Below are positions 28,686-37,709 of a DNA stretch of 64,000 bases, piece after piece. How positions within the stretch are numbered: position 1 is the first letter of the stretch; each line of letters begins with the position of its first letter. The DNA is from Candidatus Spongiisociaceae bacterium (lineage in GTDB: Bacteria > Actinomycetota > Acidimicrobiia > Spongiisociales > Spongiisociaceae): the NCBI GenBank assembly GCA_965262915.1, contig OZ253564.1, positions 2,912,001 through 2,976,000 on the forward strand. The letters are read 5' to 3'. The notes beneath the pieces were generated by a model, which was not told where the DNA came from, made no database searches, and was given only the letters and a program-made list of their open reading frames with translations. The position numbers and the translations under genes are program-made.

Positions 28686-29884
28686 ACGGCTTCCGGGCCA
28701 CCGGCCTCGTTACGCTGCGTGAACTCCGCGAACGCGGACTGAGCCGTTCGTACCTCATCAGCTGGTTGGTGCTGGTGTTCCTCATCGGCGTGGGTTTCAC
28801 CCTGCCGAACCTCCTGGGCGATGGGGACGAGGAGCGCACCTACCGGATAGGGCTGGTGGGGTCCGAGAACGGGAGGGTGATCGAGAGGGCCCGCTCCATG
28901 GTGTCGGGCGCCGAGCCGCCTATCGGCATCGAGACCAGTCCGTTCTCCCGGCGAGCCGACGCGGTGGGTGCGGTGGCCGACGGTGCAATCGACGTGGCTC
29001 TCGTGAACGGGAAAGAGCTGATCGTGGAGGAGGCGGGAGGCTCGGGCCTGGTGTCCATGCTGCAGCAAGCGGCCCGGTCGGTCGGGATCGAGGAGATGGT
29101 GGCCTCCGGCGAGGTTACCGAGCGGGTAGTGGCGTTGCTGTCCGGGGAGGCGCTGGAGGTGTCCGCGGCCGGCCCCGAGGTGCACGAGGATGCAGAGGAC
29201 CGCCAGTTCGTGATCGGCCAGGCGGCGCTGGTCCTGCTCTTCATGGCCATCATGATGACCGGGTCGTGGGTCCTGCTGGGGGTGACGGAGGAAAAGACCA
29301 GCCGGGTGGCGGAAGTGCTGCTCTCCGCTCTCCGACCCTGGCAACTCCTCGCGGGGAAGATCCTCGGGGTGGGCATCCTGGGTTTGCTCCAGTTCAGTGT
29401 CCTCGTGGGAGGAGTCGTGCTGGGAGTGCGGCTCGTGTACGGCGCCGACCTGATCCCCGAGGTCGATGCGGGCCTGCTGACGACGCTGCTCGTCTGGTTC
29501 GTTCTCGGCTACTCCGTGTACGCCATCGGCTACGCGGCTGTCGGTGCGGTGGCTTCGCGTCCCGAAGACGCCCAGAATGCCGCCTTCCCCATGACGATGG
29601 TGTCGCTCATCGGCTACTTCACCGGAATCTTCTACGTGGGGCAGCATCCCGACTCCGTGATCTCTGCCGCACTGTCCTTCGTCCCGCTCACCGCGCCGTT
29701 CGTGATACCCGTCCGGGCGGTGTCCGACTCGGTGGGCATCTGGGAGCAGGTAGCTGCGGCGACGGTCATGGTCGGGTTCGGAATGTGGCTGATCCGGGTG
29801 GCGGGAAAGGTCTACGCCGGTGGGGTATTCAACTACCGGAGCCGGGTGAAGCTGCGGGAGGCCGTCCGCTCGGCGGAGTTCTGA
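28682..29884 (+). CDS. ABC-2 transporter permease
   Basis: EEKTSRVAEVLLS...LLAGKILG; multiple TM helices; ATGA overlap with the ATPase gene. Confidence 0.92.
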   Translation: MNGFRATGLVTLRELRERGLSRSYLISWLVLVFLIGVGFTLPNLLGDGDEERTYRIGLVGSENGRVIERARSMVSGAEPPIGIETSPFSRRADAVGAVADGAIDVALVNGKELIVEEAGGSGLVSMLQQAARSVGIEEMVASGEVTERVVALLSGEALEVSAAGPEVHEDAEDRQFVIGQAALVLLFMAIMMTGSWVLLGVTEEKTSRVAEVLLSALRPWQLLAGKILGVGILGLLQFSVLVGGVVLGVRLVYGADLIPEVDAGLLTTLLVWFVLGYSVYAIGYAAVGAVASRPEDAQNAAFPMTMVSLIGYFTGIFYVGQHPDSVISAALSFVPLTAPFVIPVRAVSDSVGIWEQVAAATVMVGFGMWLIRVAGKVYAGGVFNYRSRVKLREAVRSAEF

Positions 29885-29989
29885 GGGCCGGTGGCCGGTG
29901 GCCGGTGACTCGGCGTGCGGCCGGTGGACTCCATCCATCCCTGCCGGTGTTGCCGCCGTTCCGAGCGATCCGCCGGCAGGTGCGAAGCC

Positions 29990-32731
29990 TCAGACTACGA
30001 GGTTGAGCAGTCTGGGCCGCCGGTCCACGATCCGGCGGATCTCGCCGCCGGCGACGTGTTGTGCCACGTTGCGAGCCGAAAGCGCCAGATCGACGGCGTC
30101 GTGGTGGGAGATGTCGACGGGCACTTCCAGCCGGGCCCGTACCTTCCCGTTCACCTGCACCACCATCGTGACCACCTCCTCGGCGGCCACTTCCTCGTCG
30201 GCCACCGGCCAGGTCTGGAGGTGCACGCTGGTGGTATTGCCCAGCATCCGCCACACCTCCTCCGTGACGTGGGGGGCGATCGGGGCCAGTAGCATGACCG
30301 TTGTCGACAACGCTTCCCGCCAGGCCTCGGCGGTCACCTTGCGGGCGGACAGAGCGTCGTTCAGCGCGTTCCGCAGCTTCATGAGTTCGGCGACCGCGGT
30401 GTTCCAACTGAAAGATTCGAGGTCGTCCCCGACCTTGATGATCGCCTGGTGAGCGCGCCGCCGGAGGGCCGCGGTAGCTGCCGGGTCGAGGACTCCGGGG
30501 CGGTACTCGGTCTGACCCAGCCTCCAGATGTCGGCGATGAACCGCTGCGCACCCCTGATTCCCCGGCTGTCCCACGGACCCCCCTTCTCCCACTCGAAGG
30601 CGAACATGAGATAGGTCCGGACCGTATCGGCGCCGAAGCGGTCCACCAGGAGGTCGGGATTGACCACGTTGCCGCGGGATTTGGACATGCGCTGGACATC
30701 GAGGCGGTGCCGGAGCTGCGACACGTTGTTGGCTCCGGGAATGGTCGGGATCCGGACCTCCGCGTCTTCCGGTACCTCCACCGTGATCGGCTCGGCCGAC
30801 CCGCCCGGCTGCACCACCAGGATGTGCTCGGTGCGGCTCATGATCTCACCGGCCACCCCGCCGGGATACCGGTCGCCTTCCCCCTCCGACGGATCGGTCA
30901 CCACCCGCACCGACGAAGCCATGAACCGATCGTCCTCGGTCCGGCCCTCCACCACCACCAGGTCACCGTCCCGCTCCTCCCCCAGGACCTGACCCTGGTT
31001 GCGGAGCATCGTCATCGGCTCGTCGAAGAGTCCCCCCGGATCCCGTCCGTGGGACCGCATGGCCTCCGCGGTGGCGTCGAACACGCCCATGTCTCGCAGA
31101 GCCTTCGTGAAGAACCTGGTGTAAAGCAGATGCATCACCGCGTGCTCAGCACCCCCGGTGTAGGTGTCCACCGGCAGCCAGTAGGCCGCCTCCTCGGGGT
31201 CGAAGGGCCCCTCGGCGTAGTCGGGACTCAGGTATCGGAGCTGGTACCACGACGAGCACATGAAGGTGTCCATGGTGTCGGTCTCCCTGGTGGCCGGCCG
31301 GCCCTCGGAGTCGACCGTGTTGAGGAAATCCTCGTGGTAGGTGAGGGGACTCCGGCCGGTGGGCATGAACTCGACGTTCTCGGGCAACTCGACGGGAAGG
31401 GAGTTGTCGGGGACCGGTTCGGCGGTCCCGTCGCTGCGATACACCACCGGGATGGGGCTTCCCCAGTAGCGCTGGCGGCTGATCAACCAGTCCCGGAGGC
31501 GGTACTGGACCGCACCTCGCCCATGACCGTTCTGCTCGAGCCACTCGATGATGGCAGCCTTGGCGTCCTCGATGTGGAGGCCGTCGAGGAACCCCGAGTT
31601 GATCGACGGGCCGTCACCCTCGTAGGCGTCGCCGGCGAAGTCGGCCGGAGGCGCTACGGTGCGCACGATGGGGAGGTGGAAGCGCTCCGCGAACTCCCAG
31701 TCGCGGCTGTCCTCGCCCGGTACCGCCATTATCGCCCCGGTGCCGTAGCTCATCAGGACGTAATCAGCGATCCATACCGGGATGTCTTCTCCGGTCACCG
31801 GATTGAGCGCGTGGCCTCCGGTGAACACGCCGTTCTTCTCCCTGGTCAGATCGGTGCGCTGTAGCTCCGAGCGGCGGGAGGCATACTCCCGGTAGCGGTC
31901 CACCGACTCCCGCTGCTCCTCCGTTGTGAGCACCTCGACCAAGGGATGCTCGGGCGCCAGGACCATGAAGGTGGCGCCGAACAGGGTGTCGGGACGGGTG
32001 GTGAACACCTCGATCGGGTCGGCGCCGTCGACCGGGAACCGTACCCTCGCCCCTACCGACCGGCCGATCCAGTTGGTCTGCATGGCCTTGATCGGCTCGG
32101 GCCAGTCGAGCCCCTCGAAGACCAGCAGCTGCTCCGCGTAATTGGTGATGCGGAAGAACCACTGCTCCATCATCCGCTGGACCACGGGTTGGCCGGTGCG
32201 TTCGTCCCTCCCGTCTATGACCTGCTCGTTGGCCAGTACGGTCTGGAGGGTGGGCGACCAGTTGACGAGCGCCTCTCCCCGGTAGGCCAGGCCGGCCTCG
32301 TAGAGCCGGGAGAACAACCACTCGGTCCAGTGGTAGTACTCGGGCGTGCAGGACACCGCCTCCCGCCGCCAGTCGATCATCGTCCCCATGGACCGCAGCT
32401 GCCGGCGCATCCGCTCTATGTTGGCGTAGGTCCACTTCCAGGGATGGATGTTGGCCTGCACGGCGGCGTTCTCGGCCGGCAGCCCGAAGGCGTCGAAACC
32501 CATGGGGAAGAGCACGTTGTAGCCCCTCATGCGCATGTGCCGGGCCCGGGCATCGGAGGGTGTCATGGCGTACCAGTGCCCGATGTGCAGGTCCCCGCTG
32601 GGATAGGGCAACATGGTCATGGCGTAGTGCTTGGGCCGGTCCCAGTCGACATCCGACCGGTAGAGACCGGTTTCCTCCCAGACCTTCTGCCAGTACGCCT
32701 CGACCTTGCGGTGGTTGTATCGCCGGTTCAC
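29990..32731 (-). CDS. leuS: Leucine--tRNA ligase
   Basis: PYPSGDLHIGH, GFDAFGLPAENAA, FTTRPDT, DWLISRQRYWG, RMSKS. Confidence 0.98.
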   Translation of the reverse strand: MNRRYNHRKVEAYWQKVWEETGLYRSDVDWDRPKHYAMTMLPYPSGDLHIGHWYAMTPSDARARHMRMRGYNVLFPMGFDAFGLPAENAAVQANIHPWKWTYANIERMRRQLRSMGTMIDWRREAVSCTPEYYHWTEWLFSRLYEAGLAYRGEALVNWSPTLQTVLANEQVIDGRDERTGQPVVQRMMEQWFFRITNYAEQLLVFEGLDWPEPIKAMQTNWIGRSVGARVRFPVDGADPIEVFTTRPDTLFGATFMVLAPEHPLVEVLTTEEQRESVDRYREYASRRSELQRTDLTREKNGVFTGGHALNPVTGEDIPVWIADYVLMSYGTGAIMAVPGEDSRDWEFAERFHLPIVRTVAPPADFAGDAYEGDGPSINSGFLDGLHIEDAKAAIIEWLEQNGHGRGAVQYRLRDWLISRQRYWGSPIPVVYRSDGTAEPVPDNSLPVELPENVEFMPTGRSPLTYHEDFLNTVDSEGRPATRETDTMDTFMCSSWYQLRYLSPDYAEGPFDPEEAAYWLPVDTYTGGAEHAVMHLLYTRFFTKALRDMGVFDATAEAMRSHGRDPGGLFDEPMTMLRNQGQVLGEERDGDLVVVEGRTEDDRFMASSVRVVTDPSEGEGDRYPGGVAGEIMSRTEHILVVQPGGSAEPITVEVPEDAEVRIPTIPGANNVSQLRHRLDVQRMSKSRGNVVNPDLLVDRFGADTVRTYLMFAFEWEKGGPWDSRGIRGAQRFIADIWRLGQTEYRPGVLDPAATAALRRRAHQAIIKVGDDLESFSWNTAVAELMKLRNALNDALSARKVTAEAWREALSTTVMLLAPIAPHVTEEVWRMLGNTTSVHLQTWPVADEEVAAEEVVTMVVQVNGKVRARLEVPVDISHHDAVDLALSARNVAQHVAGGEIRRIVDRRPRLLNLVV

Positions 32732-32855
32732 GGCGTGATCCTATCGCAGACCGGGCCCTCTCCGATCCGCCTTCCGGGTAGCGGGCCTGCTCGCCACGCC
32801 CGGGCCGGAGGCCAGGTACTGTTGCATCCTCGGAAAGCTTCTGCGGAGGACGGAA

Positions 32856-33635
32856 ATGCGACCGGTGGTGGCGGTCACGACCGCGATGAGGACCTTCGAG
32901 ACCCCCCTGGGCCATGGTCTCGATTTCCACACCCTGGTCGAGACCTACGCCGTGGCGCTCGACCGGGCGGGGGCCACCCTGCTGATGGTGGGTCGTATGC
33001 GCGCCGGCGCGGCTTGCCAGGTGCTGGACAGGGTGGATGGTCTGGTGATCACCGGGGGGCGGGATCTCTCACCGGCCCTCTACGGGCAGGAGAACACGGC
33101 CAGCGTGCATATCTACGAGGGGGACGACACGCGGGACATGGCTCTGATCCGGGAGGCCCGCATGAGGAGGATGCCGGTACTGGCCATATGCCGGGGGCTC
33201 CAGGCGGTGAACGTGACGCTGGGCGGTGAACTCCACCAGCACGTGCTCTCGGACTCGGATCCCGAGCACCCCGGTCCGGCCGGAGAGCCCACGGATCGCA
33301 ATGCCCATCGGCACACCGTCGAGTTCGTGGAGGGATGCCGGCTGGCGTCGGTGTACGGAGTGGGCGAACGGCGGGTCAATTCGCTGCATCACCAGGCGAT
33401 CTCCCGCGCGGCGCCCGGATTGGCGGTGGTGGCGCGCACGCCGGGCGGCGCCGTAGAAGCTGTCGAGAGCACCGACCCCCGCTGGCCGCTGTTAGCCGTC
33501 CAATGGCACCCGGAGATGCTGGGTCACTCGGAGGAGTCGGCCCTGTTCGAGGCCTTCGTGGAGGATGCCCGCGCCTATCGCCGGGGTGACCTGCGCGCCA
33601 CTGTGGAGCACGGAGGTGGAGCTGACGGGATTTGA
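32856..33635 (+). CDS. Gamma-glutamyl-gamma-aminobutyrate hydrolase family (peptidase C26)
   Basis: DGLVITGG.D, AICRGLQ, VNSLHHQA, AVQWHPE. Confidence 0.92.
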   Translation: MRPVVAVTTAMRTFETPLGHGLDFHTLVETYAVALDRAGATLLMVGRMRAGAACQVLDRVDGLVITGGRDLSPALYGQENTASVHIYEGDDTRDMALIREARMRRMPVLAICRGLQAVNVTLGGELHQHVLSDSDPEHPGPAGEPTDRNAHRHTVEFVEGCRLASVYGVGERRVNSLHHQAISRAAPGLAVVARTPGGAVEAVESTDPRWPLLAVQWHPEMLGHSEESALFEAFVEDARAYRRGDLRATVEHGGGADGI

Positions 33636-33689
33636 ACCCGTGACCTCTTGCATGCCATGCAAGCGCTCTGCCAACTGAGCTACAGCCCC
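33617..33689 (-). tRNA. tRNA-Ala(GGC)
   Basis: GGGGCTGTAGCTCAG...CTTGC-ATGGCAT-GCAAG...GGTTCAAATCC...CAGCTCCA. Confidence 0.96.
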
Positions 33690-33778
33690 GAGAGGATGAT
33701 CGAACGGTCGGTCTCGATCGTCACCACGAGAGGGACCAGCTTACCAACATCCGGGTGGTCGGTGGCCGCGGGTCGTAA

Positions 33779-34030
33779 GAGGGTGCGCGGATAGGCGGAC
33801 GACCACCACACCCTGCCAGAAACACCAGCAGAAGTGGTGGACCCCCATTAGGAGGGTGGTGCAAAACCCCTTCACGGACCGTCGGTCGATGACATAATCT
33901 CTGTTCAGAAGAAGACGGGCCGTTGCTCCCCACCTACCCGGCAAAGATCGAAGAACACCTGGTCATCGCCGGGTACCCATCAACCGTCGCACTCAGTGTT
34001 TTCCAGGTCAGCACCTATCCGCGCACCCTC
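33779..34030 (+). repeat. Family C repeat with a nested, inverted, truncated family B copy (33848 to about 33935)
   Basis: Ends GAGGGTGCGCGGATAGG...CCTATCCGCGCACCCTC; internal TTAGGAGGGTGGTG...reverse complement of the B core. Confidence 0.8.
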
Positions 34031-34050
34031 TAGGTATGGAAACGTGCTGG

Positions 34051-34458
34051 TCAGGCTCCGGTCGGAAGAGCGGGAGCCCATGCGATCCGAGGGGCGTCAC
34101 CCCACAACCTCTCGAGGGAGTAGAAGTCACGCGCCTCGGGCTGGAAGAAATGGACCGCCAAGTCGCCGTAGTCGAGAAGCACCCATTCCGCGGTGTCCAT
34201 TCCCTCGGTCCGGAACGGTGAGCGGCCGTATCCCTCGAGTTGCCGGTCCACCTCTTCGACCAGGGTCCTGACCTGTCGCTTCGAAGTACCGGTGGCGATG
34301 ACGAAGATGTCGACTATTCCGAGAAGGTCGGCCACGTCGAGGATGACGATTTCACGTCCCTGCTTGCTGTCGATGGCACCCGCGGCAGTCGCGGCCAGTT
34401 GGGCCGTCGGGAGGTCGACACCTACTGCCCGTAATGCCTGACGATCCGTGATGCTCAC
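34051..34458 (-). CDS. rsfS: Ribosome silencing factor
   Basis: FVIATG.S.RQV, WVLLDYGD..VH, FYSLERLWGDAP. Confidence 0.95.
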   Translation of the reverse strand: MSITDRQALRAVGVDLPTAQLAATAAGAIDSKQGREIVILDVADLLGIVDIFVIATGTSKRQVRTLVEEVDRQLEGYGRSPFRTEGMDTAEWVLLDYGDLAVHFFQPEARDFYSLERLWGDAPRIAWAPALPTGA

Positions 34459-34494
34459 CTTTCCCGGTCGACGCCGAAGCGGCTTATTCCAGGA

Positions 34495-35142
34495 TCATAG
34501 CTCCGGATGCTGCTGTCGGGCGTCAAATCCGCTTCGGTTTCCCCTTCCGTACACGGAGTGGTTGTCGATGTACCGTCGCACCTCTTCCCGTACCAGGAAA
34601 CGCAGGCTGTGACCGGCAACGGCCCTGCGACGCAACTCGGTTCCCGATATCTCGAGGGGCGGGATGTCGAGCCATTCCACTTCGCGAGCCACGGCCCGCT
34701 CGACGGTCTCCCGAGTGGTTCCCGGACGGGGCGCCACCGCGATGCGGGCCCGGCGCAGGACCTCCTCTGCCCGGTGCCACGACGGCAGGCGGGCGGCGGC
34801 GTCGGCGCCGAGTATCAGGACGGGCGTGCCGGTGGCGAGGCTGGACAGAGTGTCGATCGTGTAGGTCAAACCGGCACGCACGACTTCCCGGTCGTCAGCC
34901 CGGAAGTACGGTATCCCCGAGGTGGTTGCCACCGTCATTCCCCAGCGGTGCCGGGCCGGCGTGACCGACGTGCCGAGCTTCTGCCACGGGGCGCCGGCCG
35001 GTATGAACCGCACGCTGTCGAGGTCGAGTTGGCGGAAGGCGGCCTCGGCCAGGACCATATGGGCAATATGGGGCGGATCGAACGTCCCTCCGACGATGCC
35101 TACGCTCACACCCACAGGGTAGGAGAGTGCCGGGAAATCCAC
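34495..35142 (-). CDS. nadD: Nicotinate-nucleotide adenylyltransferase
   Basis: GGTFDPPHIAH, TYTIDT, ILGAD, EISGTELR; start approximate. Confidence 0.95.
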   Translation of the reverse strand: MDFPALSYPVGVSVGIVGGTFDPPHIAHMVLAEAAFRQLDLDSVRFIPAGAPWQKLGTSVTPARHRWGMTVATTSGIPYFRADDREVVRAGLTYTIDTLSSLATGTPVLILGADAAARLPSWHRAEEVLRRARIAVAPRPGTTRETVERAVAREVEWLDIPPLEISGTELRRRAVAGHSLRFLVREEVRRYIDNHSVYGRGNRSGFDARQQHPEL

Positions 35143-35203
35143 CAGCGGCCGGCCCGCCCGACGCTGCGACCGGTCGGGCCGGCCGGCGACATGGGCGCGA
35201 TCG

Positions 35204-35722
35204 TCAGATGACCGACACCAGCCTCAAGCCTACCGCGGGGGTTCTCGGCAGGCACCCCAACAGAGGCTCCGGGTCGATATACAGCCCGTCGATCCGGACC
35301 GAGAAGTGAACATCGCCGTGCCCTGACACGGAGCCGGCCCGTCCTAGCACCGCTCCACGGGCCACGCGTTGCCCCCTCGTCACCGCGACACCGTCCAGAT
35401 AGGAGTAGCTCGTCTTGAGCCCTCCTCCATGGTCGACGGTCACCACCAGATTGCCCACCACCAATCCGGAGAAGGTCACCCGGCCGGAGGCCGCCGCCCG
35501 GACGTATCCGTCCGAGCCGCCGCGGTAGTCGATGCCCCAGTGACCCGAGTAGTTCTCGCCGGGCGCGAAACGGACGCTGACCTGCCCGTCGGCGGGCGGG
35601 TCCAAGCCGACGCACGACCGGTTGGCGTCGAAGAGCACCGAACGGGGCGCACCGGGATGGGCCGGGGCCGTGATCGACACGGACAGCAGGATTCCCAAGA
35701 CCAGCAGGCGGGTGACAAACAC
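35204..35722 (-). CDS. M23-family peptidase / murein hydrolase activator
   Basis: Signal peptide, HWGID, VRAAASGRVTF.G, VDHGGG, VHFSVR...YIDP. Confidence 0.85.
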   Translation of the reverse strand: MFVTRLLVLGILLSVSITAPAHPGAPRSVLFDANRSCVGLDPPADGQVSVRFAPGENYSGHWGIDYRGGSDGYVRAAASGRVTFSGLVVGNLVVTVDHGGGLKTSYSYLDGVAVTRGQRVARGAVLGRAGSVSGHGDVHFSVRIDGLYIDPEPLLGCLPRTPAVGLRLVSVI

Positions 35723-35885
35723 GGAACGCTCCCTGCCTCCCGCCGCGCATCGCTGCTCCGCGCCGCTGCGCGACTACCGTGGCCCGCTTCGCACCGACGG
35801 CACCCGCTCCGTCAAGGTACCCCATCGGTAAGGGCCGGACAAGGGGGTCGACGGCCGGCCGATCAGGTTCGGGGCCGACTAACCA

Positions 35886-36214
35886 GTGGTCTGTCTGCAG
35901 ACAACTTGCCGTGCTCTGGCAGCCATCGACGCCCCTCGCTTGGTTCCGGCTCCTCAACGTACCGCTGCGGGTACGCCTTCGTCGGAGGGCCTTTGCGAGG
36001 AACGCCGCTGCCGGCGCATACCACGCCACCGTTTCAAAGACAGACGTTGGGTGGTCTGCCTGCAAAACAACTTGCCGTGCTCTGCTTGCCATCGTCGCCC
36101 CTCGCTTGGTTCCGGCTCCTCAACGTACCGCTGCGGGTACGCCTTCGTCGGAGGGCCTTTGCGAGGAACGCCGCTGCCGGCGCATATCACGCCGCCGTTT
36201 CACAGACAGACCAC
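35886..36214 (+). repeat. Family A repeat, tandem copies 4 and 5 (35886-36048, 36051-36214)
   Basis: Two head-to-tail near-identical units with GTGGTCTG...CAGAC(CAC) ends. Confidence 0.92.
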
Positions 36215-36287
36215 GTGTCGCGAAATGCGTGTTGTCTCAACTAACCTGGAAGTCCCGTAGTTCAGCGTCAGACGAGGTCGCCAAAGT

Positions 36288-37619
36288 ATGCACATCATCA
36301 TTGTTGGTGCCGGTGCTGTGGGCGGTTATATCGCCGAGCGGTTATCGCTCGAAGGCCAGGACGTGGTCGTCATCGAGAACAACCCGCGGCGAGCGGAGGA
36401 GATCAGGGAGCGACTCGACGCCTTGGTCATCACCGGGAACGGCGCCAGCGCTCCGATCCTCAAAGAAGCGCGGGCGGATCGCGCGGAGTTGCTTCTGGCG
36501 GTTACGACCAGCGACGGGGCCAATATCATCGCCTGCCACACGGCTACCAAGATGGGGGTCGGGAGGACCGTCGCCCGGGTGCAGGATCCGGGTCTCAAGG
36601 ACGGACTCGACGGTCTCGATGTCGACTTCGTGATCGACCCGGTGGTTTCGGCCGCCAAGGAGATCACCGACCTGGTGAGCGAGTCGGGCGTGTCCGAGTT
36701 GATCGAGTTCGGAGGGGGGAGGCTCTCCCTGGTGGGCGGAACCGCCACCAGTTCCTCGCCGCTCGTAGGGGTACCGCTGCGGGACATGGGTGGCCGGGTC
36801 CAGGAGTTCCGGTGGCTGGCGATCGCGGTGGTCCGGAACGGGATGACGATCGTGGCGCACGGCGATACGACGGTGCAGGAGGGCGACCATCTGCTGTTGA
36901 TGGTGAGGCGCAAGAACGTCGATCGGGCCAAGACGATGATAGGCATCCACGACCGCAAGATCCGGAGGGCGCTCATCATCGGAACGACGCGGGTGGCCCG
37001 TCTGACAACGGATCTGCTGGTGCGGGCCGGTCTGGCGGTCGTGGTCATCGACCCCGACATGGTCAGGTGCCGCGCCGTGGCCGAAACGCAGCCCTCGGCC
37101 CTGGTCATCGTCGGTGATCCCATGGATCCGGAGGTACTCGGAGATCTGGATATCGACCGCGAGGACGCGGTCGTGGCGCTCACCGGGGTCGATTCGATGA
37201 ACCTGATCGGATGCCTGGTCGGAAAGGCGCTCGGAGCTTCCACGACTATCAGCCGGGTGACGCGTATGAGCTACGTCGGGCTGCTGGCAGGCATCGGTGT
37301 CGACACCACCGTCTCGACCCGTCTGGCCGCCGCCGCCTCGATCCTGCGGTTCGTGCGGCGGGGTACCGTTCACTCGGTCGCCACATTCTCCGACACGGAT
37401 GCCGAGGTGATAGAACTCGAGGTCGCTCCGGGCTCGGAGGCCGTCGGACGCACCCTCCTGGAGCTACCGCTGCCGGAGGGTGCGGTGGTGGGAGGCATCC
37501 TGCGGGGCGACATGGCCTTCGTCCCCTCCGGAGACACTGCCATACAGGCGCGCGACCATCTGATCATCTTCACGCTGCCTCAGGCCATGGCGACGGTCGA
37601 ATCCATGTTCTCTTTGTGA
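36288..37619 (+). CDS. trkA: Trk potassium uptake NAD-binding subunit
   Basis: IIVGAGAVG; two RCK-N/RCK-C pairs. Confidence 0.95.
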   Translation: MHIIIVGAGAVGGYIAERLSLEGQDVVVIENNPRRAEEIRERLDALVITGNGASAPILKEARADRAELLLAVTTSDGANIIACHTATKMGVGRTVARVQDPGLKDGLDGLDVDFVIDPVVSAAKEITDLVSESGVSELIEFGGGRLSLVGGTATSSSPLVGVPLRDMGGRVQEFRWLAIAVVRNGMTIVAHGDTTVQEGDHLLLMVRRKNVDRAKTMIGIHDRKIRRALIIGTTRVARLTTDLLVRAGLAVVVIDPDMVRCRAVAETQPSALVIVGDPMDPEVLGDLDIDREDAVVALTGVDSMNLIGCLVGKALGASTTISRVTRMSYVGLLAGIGVDTTVSTRLAAAASILRFVRRGTVHSVATFSDTDAEVIELEVAPGSEAVGRTLLELPLPEGAVVGGILRGDMAFVPSGDTAIQARDHLIIFTLPQAMATVESMFSL

Positions 37620-37709
37620 GGTATGCCGAGCTGCGTCGGGGAGCCGCCACCGGTGAGCCGTAGAGGGCCGAAGCCGGGGAACCGCTTATTCCTGCGCCGC
37701 CAGGGACCT

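Noticed and set aside
28076-29938. Long antisense or alternative-frame ORFs (also 24729-26342, 30449-31864, 37805-39376, 50287-51738)
   Set aside because: Shadow ORFs typical of high-GC DNA, overlapping well-supported genes and lacking recognisable motifs.
35886-36214. Possible CRISPR array
   Set aside because: Two adjacent ~163-bp units with no unique spacers and no cas genes; these are family A repeats.
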